Shown here: piece after piece, positions 38,482 to 48,424 of the stretch
How the letters are laid out: each line of letters opens with the position of its first letter
Numbering within the stretch: position 1 is the first letter of the stretch
IMG/VR virus record: IMGVR_UViG_3300045988_184219
Direction: 5' to 3' (one strand)
Length of the DNA stretch: 64,000 nt
Source of the DNA: a virus
The notes under the pieces: generated by a model
Databases searched by the model: none
What the model was told of the DNA's origin: nothing
Seen by the model: the letters and a program-made list of their open reading frames with translations, nothing else
Made by a program: the position numbers and the translations under genes

Positions 38482-39054
38482 TCAAATTTCTTCTTCCGCA
38501 ATCATCCCATCTTCGTAGCACTCAAGATCATTGTTCGCAAGCCAACGTCCGACCTCATAATCAGAGAAATAGTGGTTGATTGCCCCCTGCGCCGCCCTCT
38601 GTGCGTGCTCGCCGATGCGTTTTATAATATGCACAAGTTCTGTTTCCATACGCTCAATAGTTGTGTCCGAGAGACCAGCATAAGCCGTAACCTCAACACC
38701 AACAACCCCGTCGATGTAGCGTATTTTGAGGCGTTGAACGAGCTTGAGTTCGGTCTCCGTAGGAACACCAAAGGAGTCCTTACGAAGTGAAACACCGAGC
38801 CACTGTGCGACGTTCGAGGAGTCGATAGTGACGTTTGCAATAACAAGCGGGTTGCCTTCTGCATCATAACCATCGAACATAGGGCGAACCGAGCTTGAAC
38901 CTTCAGGGAGGCAGAAGGTTTCGTCGATGTCGAGCTCTGCGTCTTGCCGTGCGCTGTCGAGACTCATATTAAGATACTCTGTGCGGTTGCGGAGAGAGTT
39001 CCATGCGATGATGCGCTCATTTGCGCCGAGTTCGCTGTAATTTACTACTTCCAT
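38482..39054 (-). CDS. paralog family C protein (190 aa)
   Basis: C-term WLANNDLECYEDGMIAEEEI. Confidence 0.65.
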   Translation of the reverse strand: MEVVNYSELGANERIIAWNSLRNRTEYLNMSLDSARQDAELDIDETFCLPEGSSSVRPMFDGYDAEGNPLVIANVTIDSSNVAQWLGVSLRKDSFGVPTETELKLVQRLKIRYIDGVVGVEVTAYAGLSDTTIERMETELVHIIKRIGEHAQRAAQGAINHYFSDYEVGRWLANNDLECYEDGMIAEEEI

Positions 39055-39259
39055 TTTTTGTGTCCTTTCTGTTTGTCATTTGCTTAACCAACTCTTGATG
39101 GGTTTATTATATAACTTTTGAAACGATAGTGTATGTGTTTTTGTGTGGAGTGCGTAGAATATGCCAAAGGAAAAAATGGCGGTTGTCGATAGGTTTTGTT
39201 CCTGCCGAAGTGTACCGCCATCCGTTTTGTTCCTTTGGTTTATCTATTCGCTCAACAAA

Positions 39260-39838
39260 TTAAAGGACAATATTGCCATTCTTATCAAACTTTACACCAA
39301 CATGTAAGATGTAGTTCACAACCTCTTTATATGACATCAACTTTGCGTTCAGTTGAGCACTCTCGACATAGATTCGCGACACAACGGCAAGCATCCAATG
39401 CTTAATCATTCCCGCCAGTACCCCAAACGACACATCTCCAGCATCCTCGATTGCCAATTCTGCATAAAGATCACAATATACACCTTTTTTGTTGTAACCA
39501 AACGAGATTTTGTCGATAGCACCCGCATCAATAACGCAAGTGACACCTGTCAGAGCTGTAAGGCACTCAAGAAACTTTTCGATGTCATCATAATCCTCCA
39601 AAATGCCGTCAATAGATTGTGCGAAATATCCCCCCGTCATCTCCTCGCGGTCAAAAAACGCCTCAACAAGAGCAACATCTAAACCACGGAGAGATTTCTC
39701 ATATAGAACCTCGTCCACATAATCGCGAACCTTGTCACGCACAATCGCCTGATAGAAAGGTGTCTCTCTGACGTTCTTGACAGCGACTCCTTGAATGTCT
39801 GCTCGAAGGTCATTAAAATTAAAGACTTCTTTTTCCAT
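39260..39838 (-). CDS. paralog family C protein (192 aa)
   Basis: N-term FNFNDLRADIQGVAVKNV, C-term YILHVGVKFDKNGNIVL. Confidence 0.65.
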   Translation of the reverse strand: MEKEVFNFNDLRADIQGVAVKNVRETPFYQAIVRDKVRDYVDEVLYEKSLRGLDVALVEAFFDREEMTGGYFAQSIDGILEDYDDIEKFLECLTALTGVTCVIDAGAIDKISFGYNKKGVYCDLYAELAIEDAGDVSFGVLAGMIKHWMLAVVSRIYVESAQLNAKLMSYKEVVNYILHVGVKFDKNGNIVL

Positions 39839-39847
39839 TCTTATACC

Positions 39848-40393
39848 TCACTCAAATTCTTTCTTATCGAAAATTCGCCCTCGTCGCGTAAACACAATAT
39901 CGTGTTTTTTACAAAATCCAGAAACGCCTTCTTCACTACGCTCAAACTGAACAACTTTCAAAAGTCGAGCGCGAATACGGTCAATAACCTTGCTCAACCA
40001 AGTGCTAACATGTTCATGGAAACGCTCATTTTCATTCGTCGCGCCAAAAATTCCTTGTTCGCTATAACGCAACTCAATGGGAACAGAGGAAAACGAATCT
40101 TCTTCTCCATACTCAGAAATCTGTCTTAGAGCTGCAAGTTTCGACGGGTTTTTTGTACGGAAGATGCAAACGATAACAGGAATGTTCCATTCGTCTATAT
40201 CAGCACACAAACTCGCACAATTTGCAAGATCTTCTCCAACTTCTTCAGCGAACAGCCTCTCAAACAACTCGCCAAGATTTTCACTGACTTCTCGCTTCCA
40301 AAGATCATATCTCGCCACACTTTCTACCGCACAAGCACGCGGCAACTCGTCTAATTCCTCAAACAAGAAAACTCTAACGACAACTTCTCGCAT
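39848..40393 (-). CDS. paralog family C protein (181 aa)
   Basis: C-term FCKKHDIVFTRRGRIFD; 9-nt gap to the upstream gene. Confidence 0.6.
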   Translation of the reverse strand: MREVVVRVFLFEELDELPRACAVESVARYDLWKREVSENLGELFERLFAEEVGEDLANCASLCADIDEWNIPVIVCIFRTKNPSKLAALRQISEYGEEDSFSSVPIELRYSEQGIFGATNENERFHEHVSTWLSKVIDRIRARLLKVVQFERSEEGVSGFCKKHDIVFTRRGRIFDKKEFE

Positions 40394-40546
40394 TTCTTAA
40401 CCTTCTTTCCGAACAAAGATATATTTATATTATATAACTTTTTCACAAACACAAAACACAAAAAAACGAAGCGCGACAGCACTTTCTTCTATGCCACAAC
40501 GCTCCGTCTTAAACGACCTTTCCATTGGTCTATCTATTATTCCGAC

Positions 40547-41086
40547 TTATCCACATAAGCCAGAAATCATTTTTCCATTATTATTAAATCCAATATCATT
40601 CAAATAACAATATGATTCGATTTGTGAATCCTCCAACCTCCAAACAAAATCTCTCATAACTCGTGCTCGAATCAAATTCGCGGCATCGAGCAACCAATCA
40701 CCGACATATTCCCCGAACCTACTATTAGACAAAAGTTGCTCTGCGACAGGATCGGTACTTACAGAGATGGAAAGGTGGGTATTGGGTTCGACATATCCGC
40801 CATATCCAGTTATGCGACGAAGTTCTTTAATGTCGTTTTCTGTCTTTGCGTCCAAGATGAACGAAACGGCGATGTTGTTCAAATGAATTCGTTGAATATG
40901 TAGAGAAAGGAACGTTAGAGAATGACATCCTGTAACCTGTTCAAAAGCAATTTTCTCCAAAGAAGAAAGAGACTTGTCGAGAGAATCGAGGAAACTATGT
41001 GTTCCGAGAATTGTCTGACGTGCCTTTGCGCGTGCATATTCTGAGAGTTCGGAGAATGTGTAGAGCGTGGTTAAAACGGTTTGCAT
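40547..41086 (-). CDS. paralog family C protein (179 aa)
   Basis: N-term YTFSELSEYARAKARQTI, C-term YCYLNDIGFNNNGKMI. Confidence 0.65.
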   Translation of the reverse strand: MQTVLTTLYTFSELSEYARAKARQTILGTHSFLDSLDKSLSSLEKIAFEQVTGCHSLTFLSLHIQRIHLNNIAVSFILDAKTENDIKELRRITGYGGYVEPNTHLSISVSTDPVAEQLLSNSRFGEYVGDWLLDAANLIRARVMRDFVWRLEDSQIESYCYLNDIGFNNNGKMISGLCG

Positions 41087-41279
41087 GATTGTACTTCCTT
41101 TCTTTTTAATTAAGAACGAACAAGATTAAACGAGTTAATTATACGATAAAAAGAAATTATTTGCATTAGAAAAATAAAAAATAATTCAAAAGGAAGATTA
41201 TTTTACTCTGGAAAAACTTTGAACAAAAAAGACAACACACATTAAGTGTATTGTCTTTTTCTTGGAGCGTCAGGAAATA

Positions 41280-41813
41280 TCACAGATTCTTCCGCATCAT
41301 CCCGTCAGTTTCAAACTCAATGTCGTGAGTTAAGCAATAATCTGCCAACCCATCATCCGACAGATAACGTTCGAGATCCTCAACAACCCTATCTTTCACA
41401 GACCACGCAACATTGTCGAGATAGCGAGCGATCTGGGTCGAGCACTCGTCATCTGGAAACAAATGTGGGAGCATCGAGTCTGTAGCGACACGGATGTCAA
41501 TATCGCCAAAAAGCTCAACATTTTTGCCCCATCCAGAGACTTCTGCAAAACGCTGAAGCAGTGTCTTTGTGCCGATATGAGCGCGAAGATCAACCGATAC
41601 GCAGTCTCCTCCATAATAGAGACTCTGTACAGTCATCGCCTCCACGATCTCAGTAGGAACGACCCTACGGAGATGTGACTCCACTCTAACGTCAACAAAA
41701 CTGTTGGTGTTGATGACAAAATCTCTGTCATCAAGGATAGCCCTACGCGCTCGCGAACGATGCTTGTCGTCGAGCTCGTTGAACCGAAATAGAGAAATCG
41801 AAATAACACGCAT
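41280..41813 (-). CDS. paralog family C protein (177 aa; start at MRVISISLF)
   Basis: SD GGAAAGGAGAAAATACT; C-term YCLTHDIEFETDGMM. Confidence 0.65.
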   Translation of the reverse strand: MRVISISLFRFNELDDKHRSRARRAILDDRDFVINTNSFVDVRVESHLRRVVPTEIVEAMTVQSLYYGGDCVSVDLRAHIGTKTLLQRFAEVSGWGKNVELFGDIDIRVATDSMLPHLFPDDECSTQIARYLDNVAWSVKDRVVEDLERYLSDDGLADYCLTHDIEFETDGMMRKNL

Positions 41814-41947
41814 AGTATTTTCTCCTTTCCAATGAGAAAACCAATTAAAAAACTCTAGTAAAAGAATAACACATTTCACAAACCAACAAAAGAAAAAGAC
41901 GGTCAATCAACCGCCTTTTCTTAAACACTAACCTCTATTTCAATATG

Positions 41948-42622
41948 TCACATAGAGCACGACAACCAATCCTTAATCATCATCCGACAATTCTTGTCAT
42001 CTACTTGCGGGAGAATATTAGAGCGAAGGCGCATAACACCCGCGAGCATCTCATAGACAACATCATCGTCATCAGAGGTCAAAACTCCCTTTGAAAGTCG
42101 CTGTTCGATTTCCTCACTCAGCGAACGAATATGCCCGAGTATGTCCACATTTTCCTCGCGGTGTGTCTCAAAATCAAACGAACACTCCTCCTTACCAGTA
42201 AGGAACTCGTTTTCAGTGATCTCACCGTCAAGAATCATACGAACAATCGTGTGCTCAAACTCATTAAGAATGTCATACACAATCTTGTCACGAAGCTCCT
42301 CTGTAGTCAGACCAGACGTTGTAAGAAGCGCCTCAACACCATTATCCAAAATTGACTTGGCGATTTTATTCGTGTAAGTGAAGAATCCAAGTTCAAGCGT
42401 CTTGTTATGGAGGAGGAAAACTTCGACACGACGACGCTGAACACCATTTCGGAGCTTTGTGTAGTCCTCAAGTGTAATATCGCCGATGTAGACCTTTGCC
42501 GCTGCGTCTACTTTGTCGATAGGTGGCGGGGCGGTGAGAGCGTCACGGAGTCCAGAAATTGTAAATGTGGATTCCGCCGAAATGTCTGCATTCCAAAGGG
42601 CTGTGTGGATGGATTGGATCAT
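41948..42622 (-). CDS. hypothetical protein related to family I (224 aa)
   Basis: RMILDGEITENEFLTGKE resembles EAMLDGYLTEDEFF in 58987/59744 genes. Confidence 0.55.
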   Translation of the reverse strand: MIQSIHTALWNADISAESTFTISGLRDALTAPPPIDKVDAAAKVYIGDITLEDYTKLRNGVQRRRVEVFLLHNKTLELGFFTYTNKIAKSILDNGVEALLTTSGLTTEELRDKIVYDILNEFEHTIVRMILDGEITENEFLTGKEECSFDFETHREENVDILGHIRSLSEEIEQRLSKGVLTSDDDDVVYEMLAGVMRLRSNILPQVDDKNCRMMIKDWLSCSM

Positions 42623-42764
42623 GTTGACTGTCCTTTCTTTGATAGGTGTTTAACATTTTTAATAGAATAACATAGTTTTTAATGTTTTGCAGAGTGTTTT
42701 GATAAACCAAAGAAAAAGATGTGTCGATAGGACTTCTTACCTATCGACACACTCACTTACCCCA

Positions 42765-43409
42765 TCATCTCGTAGCCTTTCCCCACGAGTGACGCAAAGC
42801 CGTAATGACCATGTTCTCGTAATAACTGTACCATGACGAAAACTCCTCAAAGTCCCAGTGGTTGCACATCACATTGTCAACACTCTCAACCACATGATCG
42901 TGCAACTTCTTTCCATAGGAGATTTCCGTGAAACGTGAGTTGTTGTAAAGCATCGAAAGAAACTTCTTGGCGTTCTCAACCTTACTCCATCCTTCTTCGC
43001 ACTCACTGAACTCAGCGATAACGTGGTAGGGGATGTTCATAGTGTAAGTGCCAATGTCATCTGGAAAGCCCTTCCCAGCAGAAATTCCAAGCGCGACCGA
43101 AACAAGATCTTCAAACTCGCAGAACCACTCATACACATCGATCCAACTGCACATATCGCCAGCTTCGTCGATAGCGCACGAGAATACATTTTCGAAAATC
43201 TCGCGCCCATGCTCCTCATAACGGAAGTCAGAGTTCTCAAAGATAAGATCCTTCACCTCGTCTTGAATCGCATCCAGCTTATTGAGGTATTCCTTCAATG
43301 CCGACTCACGCTCAGGCGAGCCAAATGGGAAATCTTCGGAGATGAACTGAACTTCGTCTTCGCGGGCATCAAATGTGCGGAGAATGTCATTTGAAATAGG
43401 ATTATGCAT
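42765..43409 (-). CDS. hypothetical acidic protein (214 aa)
   Basis: SD AGAAAGGAAAATGTAGC before ATG 43409. Confidence 0.55.
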   Translation of the reverse strand: MHNPISNDILRTFDAREDEVQFISEDFPFGSPERESALKEYLNKLDAIQDEVKDLIFENSDFRYEEHGREIFENVFSCAIDEAGDMCSWIDVYEWFCEFEDLVSVALGISAGKGFPDDIGTYTMNIPYHVIAEFSECEEGWSKVENAKKFLSMLYNNSRFTEISYGKKLHDHVVESVDNVMCNHWDFEEFSSWYSYYENMVITALRHSWGKATR

Positions 43410-43476
43410 GCTACATTTTCCTTTCTAATTCATAAAATCATTAAAGATTTTAATAAAAAACGGTAAATTTCATTAT

Positions 43477-44823
43477 TCACGCGGACTCCCGACGAGGCGA
43501 GTCTGTTGGACGAGCAGCCAAACCAGCACAGGCGATCCTTGTCGGCGCTACCATAATCGGGCGTAGCACAACGCCCTCTATCCCGTCGGCAAACGCGTTC
43601 GGGACTACTTTTTTCACGATCTGCAACGCTCCGTTTACGTCCGCATTCACGCGTGTTCCGTCGTTTGAACGGAATAATCCTCGATGAATACGACGCTTTT
43701 TGTTGTAAAATTCGCGTGTCGGGGGCTCTCCGTCCAGAAATGATGTACCGCTCGTATAGCTTTCTTCTGTTACGACAACAGCTATACCATGTTCATACGC
43801 TTTGTACTCGATCATTTCTATCAATCGGGCGAACGGGAGTCCTACAAAATGCTGGTTCTCCTTCGCCGTGAACGGGGTGCGCTCCTTCCAGTCGCGGTTT
43901 AGACCAATGATAAGTGTCGGAATATTCTGTGCGACGAGGCGATCTACGATGAGGCGCGAGGTCTTGTGCAGGTAATCCTTGAGTTTTGCGTTCCTTTTGT
44001 CAATCAGGCGTTGGATTCTCCGCGTCACTTTCCTCCCATTGAGGTGCTCCGACATCTCACGGAGAGACGCCAAACGCTTGTTGTAGAACTGGTTGATCGA
44101 CTTCGGGATGCGACCGTTTACGATGATCGGAGCGTCCCCCGTGGAGAACGCCATCGTAACGAAGTTGTTTACGCCGAGGTCAATTCCTGCGTATCTCCCG
44201 TTGGGCTTTCTCTGAGGAACTTCCTTGATTCTGTAAACGATTTCAAGGGTGATGAACCCTCCGTGCGGGACAAATCGAACCTGTTGAAACGACTTTATTT
44301 CACGAGGGCTGTTAGTGTCCTCGCGGATGAACTGCGGCTCAACCGTGAACCCCTTGAAAACTTTTGGAAACACGATTTTTCCATCCCGAATTTTACACTC
44401 TTGACTCGTTAAAGTTAGAACGTGCTTTCCATCCTTCTTTAGAAAATGAGGCGGTTTCGGACGACCCTTATACTTTTCAGGGTGCTTTTTCCAATCTTTA
44501 AGTTCTTCCCAAAAACTTTTCCAGTCTGTCACGAGCAAGCGTAAATTCTGCTGTGCGCTCTGTGCCGTCGGCATGTTCCGATAGTCGGGAAAGTCCGTTT
44601 TCGACTTCAGGATTTTGTCAAGTTGTTCATAACTCGACTGTTTCTCGTGCGCGAAAAACTGTTGCCGAAGTAGATAATTCCCTTGATTATAAAGGTTTTT
44701 TGACATGTGACAAAACTCCGCGAGCATTTCATACGCGGGGTGAGTCTCCTTGATGATGTGTTGCTCCACGCGAACAAAGGGATCTTTCTTTTTCTTCGTT
44801 TTTGGCTTTTCTTCCGTTTTCAC
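43477..44823 (-). CDS. TnpB-derived protein lacking zinc finger and RuvC-II Glu (possible nuclease-dead, TldR-like)
   Basis: RuvC-I GIDLGVNN present, DYLHK block aligns with the intact TnpB, RuvC-II position reads IIGLN (no Glu), YTSGTSFLDG replaces the CxxC zinc finger, NADVNGALQI retained; ~200 aa N-terminal extension; standard cassette promoter at 44878-44900; only 67 nt to the next gene. Confidence 0.6.
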   Translation of the reverse strand: MKTEEKPKTKKKKDPFVRVEQHIIKETHPAYEMLAEFCHMSKNLYNQGNYLLRQQFFAHEKQSSYEQLDKILKSKTDFPDYRNMPTAQSAQQNLRLLVTDWKSFWEELKDWKKHPEKYKGRPKPPHFLKKDGKHVLTLTSQECKIRDGKIVFPKVFKGFTVEPQFIREDTNSPREIKSFQQVRFVPHGGFITLEIVYRIKEVPQRKPNGRYAGIDLGVNNFVTMAFSTGDAPIIVNGRIPKSINQFYNKRLASLREMSEHLNGRKVTRRIQRLIDKRNAKLKDYLHKTSRLIVDRLVAQNIPTLIIGLNRDWKERTPFTAKENQHFVGLPFARLIEMIEYKAYEHGIAVVVTEESYTSGTSFLDGEPPTREFYNKKRRIHRGLFRSNDGTRVNADVNGALQIVKKVVPNAFADGIEGVVLRPIMVAPTRIACAGLAARPTDSPRRESA

Positions 44824-45209
44824 TGGGACGTTCCTCCTTTCCAGTGTTCTCTTTGGTCTATTTAAGACGCAATCTCGATGTATTTATTATATAACTTTTC
44901 GACAGACCAAAAGGAGAAATCGGCACGTATCGCAAGTTTTCTTTTTTAACAATACATGCCAACTTCGACCGATTCCTCCACACGCCTAAAGACGGGGGCT
45001 TTCTCGGCGTTTGTGGTGATGTTTTCGGTAGGGTAGCGCATAATCGGCATTATTCTTCCTCCTTGTAGAAGACAATGTTTTCGACAGGATGTCGTTTGAT
45101 GTGTTTATTATATAGCTTTATAGATGAAGATGTGCGGGTTTTATGTTTTTTGGAATAAGAAAAATAGACCAAGAGGATTAGTTACAACATTTCCTTTGGT
45201 CTATTTTTA

Positions 45210-45567
45210 TCAGGCAGCCTTCTCAGCGAACGCCGCATCCTGCGCCATCACCATAAGTCGCTCTATGGTAATGACACGCTTCAAAAACTCTTCCGCACCA
45301 ATCTCATCGCCATCATAATTCACCCCGAATAAGAAATACTTGCTAAGAACGGAGCCAACCGCCTTATAAGCCAAAAACTTCCCTCTCGCGAGAGAGTGAA
45401 ATCCAAGAACTCGCCAGACATAAATGACTATCTCTGCACGAATACGGGCGAGCTTCTTCTCATAGATAGCCACAACCGAATTATCGGTGATATGGTTAAT
45501 CAACTCTCTCTGGTTTATCCAGTAGGAGGAAAGAGCCGACTGAAGATCCTCATAGTTACCAATCATA
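45210..45567 (-). CDS. paralog family G protein (119 aa; start at MIGNYEDLQ)
   Basis: SD AAGGAAAGGATGG before ATG 45567. Confidence 0.6.
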
Positions 45568-45697
45568 GAAAACCATCCTTTCCTTAGAAACAAACAACTC
45601 AATTTATGTATTTATTATATAACATTTTCGATAACTAGAAAGAGAAAACGAGTGTTGCAACAGTTTTTCTTTTTGCTCCCAAACTTATTCAAAACGC

Positions 45698-46189
45698 TTA
45701 AACTTTTCCGTAGTTGTTGACGATCTTCTCCACCTTATTTTGAATCTGCACCATCATCTTGAGCAATCCACAGTAGATGTAGTCATGCGCCTTCACCAAG
45801 TCTGTATCATCAACATCCGCCTCAACCTCTACCATCACGCTCCCGTTCGAGTAGATGGCAAAAACATCCTTTACGTTCTCTAACACATAAACAGGAAGAG
45901 GAATGTTCGTGTACTTGCGGACACCATAAAGAACCGAACGAGCACATTCCTCCTCAAACTCCGTGTTGATATGAATTGCGAGGCTGATGTTATCCATCGA
46001 ATTCCAAAGACCATCCAAACTCTGCCACTTAAGGCTGTTCTTCCACCCGAGGTGAACCTCTATCTCGTCTTCGGTGAGAGAAGGGAAAACTCCCGCAAGA
46101 ACCTTCTCGATGTACTTGTGCCCCTCACAAAGCGCCGCCTCAAGCTGCGTGCAATCACGGAATTCACCATAATTTTCCATTTTGTACAA
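45698..46189 (-). CDS. hypothetical protein (163 aa)
   Basis: SD AAAAGAAAGG before ATG; cassette block 46215-46240. Confidence 0.55.
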   Translation of the reverse strand: MYKMENYGEFRDCTQLEAALCEGHKYIEKVLAGVFPSLTEDEIEVHLGWKNSLKWQSLDGLWNSMDNISLAIHINTEFEEECARSVLYGVRKYTNIPLPVYVLENVKDVFAIYSNGSVMVEVEADVDDTDLVKAHDYIYCGLLKMMVQIQNKVEKIVNNYGKV

Positions 46190-46274
46190 ACCTTTCTTTT
46201 AAAACCGACTAAACTCCATTGATATATTTATTATATAACTTTTGCATACGAAGATAAGAAAAACGAGCAGACTC

Positions 46275-46690
46275 AGCGCTTTCTTTACGCTGTTTTTGCT
46301 CGTTTTCCTTTGGCTTACAACGCCGATTTTGTAACTCCCAAGTCCATTATGGCAAGGGAGATAGCACCTCGCGCTTCCGAATTGTCGCGAGAGCCGATTA
46401 TTTCCACCCGCCCGCACCTTTCGGCACGATCTAGCGCGCGGGGGATTTACTTAGTCATGCACCCCACGACTAAAGCTAGGGGCTTGTCCCAGCCGACACG
46501 CTTCCGAGCGATGCGAGGTTCAGACGGTTGAGAAGGAGAACGGGGCTCAATTTGCGAGTTGGTTTAGAAAGGAGGCTTTTCCCCGCACACAGTAAAAGCG
46601 GGAATTCATGGAAACCGAGGCTGTGCCCCGCCGAGCCGACATGCCGACGGAAGCCACCCCTAGCTGACAGCCGCATTCTTCGCAGCTACT
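46275..46690 (-). ncRNA. candidate mosaic ncRNA cassette (shares 77-nt block with 8447-8523, GCGCGGGGGATTT module and CCUCCUUUCUAAACC tail)
   Basis: ORF-free GC-rich; promoter-box variant CACATTATAGCGCAAC ~46715; hairpin + T-tract terminator 46270-46305. Confidence 0.4.
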
Positions 46691-46849
46691 TGAGCACCAT
46701 CGTCCGTGCCATCAGCTATGTTCACATTATAGCGCAACAGGAAGGTGCGTGGGGAGAAAAAGAGAAAACGGTAGAAAAGTTTTTTGATTTTCAACAAAAG
46801 CCCCTTCCCAATAACGGAAGTCTTTTCCTTTGGCATATTTTACAAAAGA

Positions 46850-48121
46850 TTAAACAGGTAGCAATCTTCTTCCTCCATACGCTTTTAACTGTGGATAGAC
46901 AGGCTTAGACAAGAAACAATTTTTCAAACGCCACTCAGACTCGCCGTCTTTGAGTACCAAACGGGTTCGACCAGATAAAAACGTCTCAGAATTATATCCC
47001 TCTACAGAAGGGAGCCCCTCAATAAATAACTCAAAATCGGAACCTTTAAACTTCTTATCCCGAACCAAGGAACAAAACAAAAGTTCAGCCTCCACATAAT
47101 AGTGCGTAGAAAGAAGATCCTTATTACGTTCAAAAAACTCAGCAGAGAATGCACGCCACCCATCACAATTCCGCAAACGGTGAACCGTTGCTTGACTGCA
47201 TAAAGTTCCGTAACTCAACCCAAAATCTTTTGCAAAGACAGGGAGCTCCATTACGGGAATTTTACGACCATCCTCATGTATCAACACCCAACGGCAAGAA
47301 CGCTCTTTTTTCTTCTTTGTAATGCGTTTAACAAAGTGACAAGATTCAAGCCCCCACTCAGAGCCTTTTTCTTTCAAGGAAAGTTTAATCTTTTTACGGA
47401 AGAAGGAGTCATCATATCCTTCGATTTTACGAAAATCACGAATAAAAGCACCAACCTGCGACCATTCGGGAGAACGATTTTTCATCCTGCGCCATAAAGC
47501 GTAAACAGTAGAATAAAGGTATCGGCGCAAACGACCATTTTTCCAAGCCTTAAAGTCTTCTGGATATTCTTTATTTTGATAGATAGAATCATCAAGACCA
47601 ATTTCCCCAAAATCTTCGTAAAGCTCATAAAGCCTGTAAACGAAATCCATACCGACATTCAGTGGATTTTTCATTCGCGTATATATCAAGTTACTGTCAA
47701 TATAATCCATAACGATTGCAAGACGTTCTTCTTTTGTCGTTTCTATCGCATCTCTCGCCTGTTTGCGTGGAAAATCTTGAAAACTACTTCGCTTCATATA
47801 ACGAACCCATGCACGAAGGGTTTCTACACGAGAAATATGATGTTTTTTGCACACATCACTCAAACTCATGCCAGAAAGGACATCCTCTACCGCACACTTT
47901 TTCTCATCAAAAGAAAATCGGGCGCGTGAAGGATAGAGAAATTCCTCATCGCTCTCACACAACTCATAAATCTTAATCCAAGACTGAATTTGTTGATAAC
48001 GAATTCCATGTTCTTGAGCAAAAGAAGATAAAGATTGTTTTCTTTTCTTTGCTTCGAGGATAATTTTTAACTTGTACTCATTAGAAACGCGCATCCTCTT
48101 TTTTTGAACTTTATCAGACAT
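46850..48121 (-). CDS. HTH-domain protein with transposase-OrfA-like N-terminus and large unknown C-terminal region (423 aa)
   Basis: Two HTH-like segments (LSSFAQEHGIRYQQIQSWIK; LSDVCKKHHISRVETLRAWVR); SD AGAGGTG before ATG 48121. Confidence 0.5.
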   Translation of the reverse strand: MSDKVQKKRMRVSNEYKLKIILEAKKRKQSLSSFAQEHGIRYQQIQSWIKIYELCESDEEFLYPSRARFSFDEKKCAVEDVLSGMSLSDVCKKHHISRVETLRAWVRYMKRSSFQDFPRKQARDAIETTKEERLAIVMDYIDSNLIYTRMKNPLNVGMDFVYRLYELYEDFGEIGLDDSIYQNKEYPEDFKAWKNGRLRRYLYSTVYALWRRMKNRSPEWSQVGAFIRDFRKIEGYDDSFFRKKIKLSLKEKGSEWGLESCHFVKRITKKKKERSCRWVLIHEDGRKIPVMELPVFAKDFGLSYGTLCSQATVHRLRNCDGWRAFSAEFFERNKDLLSTHYYVEAELLFCSLVRDKKFKGSDFELFIEGLPSVEGYNSETFLSGRTRLVLKDGESEWRLKNCFLSKPVYPQLKAYGGRRLLPV

Positions 48122-48141
48122 AATCAATACACCTCTGAACC

Positions 48142-48402
48142 CTACCGCCGCCACCCACTGACGACAATAGCACCATCCTCCACATCCACAATATACCCAT
48201 GCGCCAAGAGCGTCTTTCGGATAGTCGGAATGTTTTTTGACGCAACACCGACTCGCACAGAGTCTTTGGGTGTACTTAGAATCAGACCCGCTATCTGGTT
48301 GAGGATTTTCTGCCGTTTGTCTTGTGTCTGCACCTGCTTAATATGCGGAAAATAGGGTTTCTGCGAGGTGTTGCTTTTGTTTGCTTTTCCAGATTCAGTC
48401 AT
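48142..48402 (-). CDS. hypothetical small protein (86 aa), upstream partner of 46850..48121
   Basis: SD AGGAAGGAAAAC before ATG; 20-nt gap to the downstream gene. Confidence 0.5.
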   Translation of the reverse strand: MTESGKANKSNTSQKPYFPHIKQVQTQDKRQKILNQIAGLILSTPKDSVRVGVASKNIPTIRKTLLAHGYIVDVEDGAIVVSGWRR

Positions 48403-48424
48403 GACATGTTTTCCTTCCTATTTC

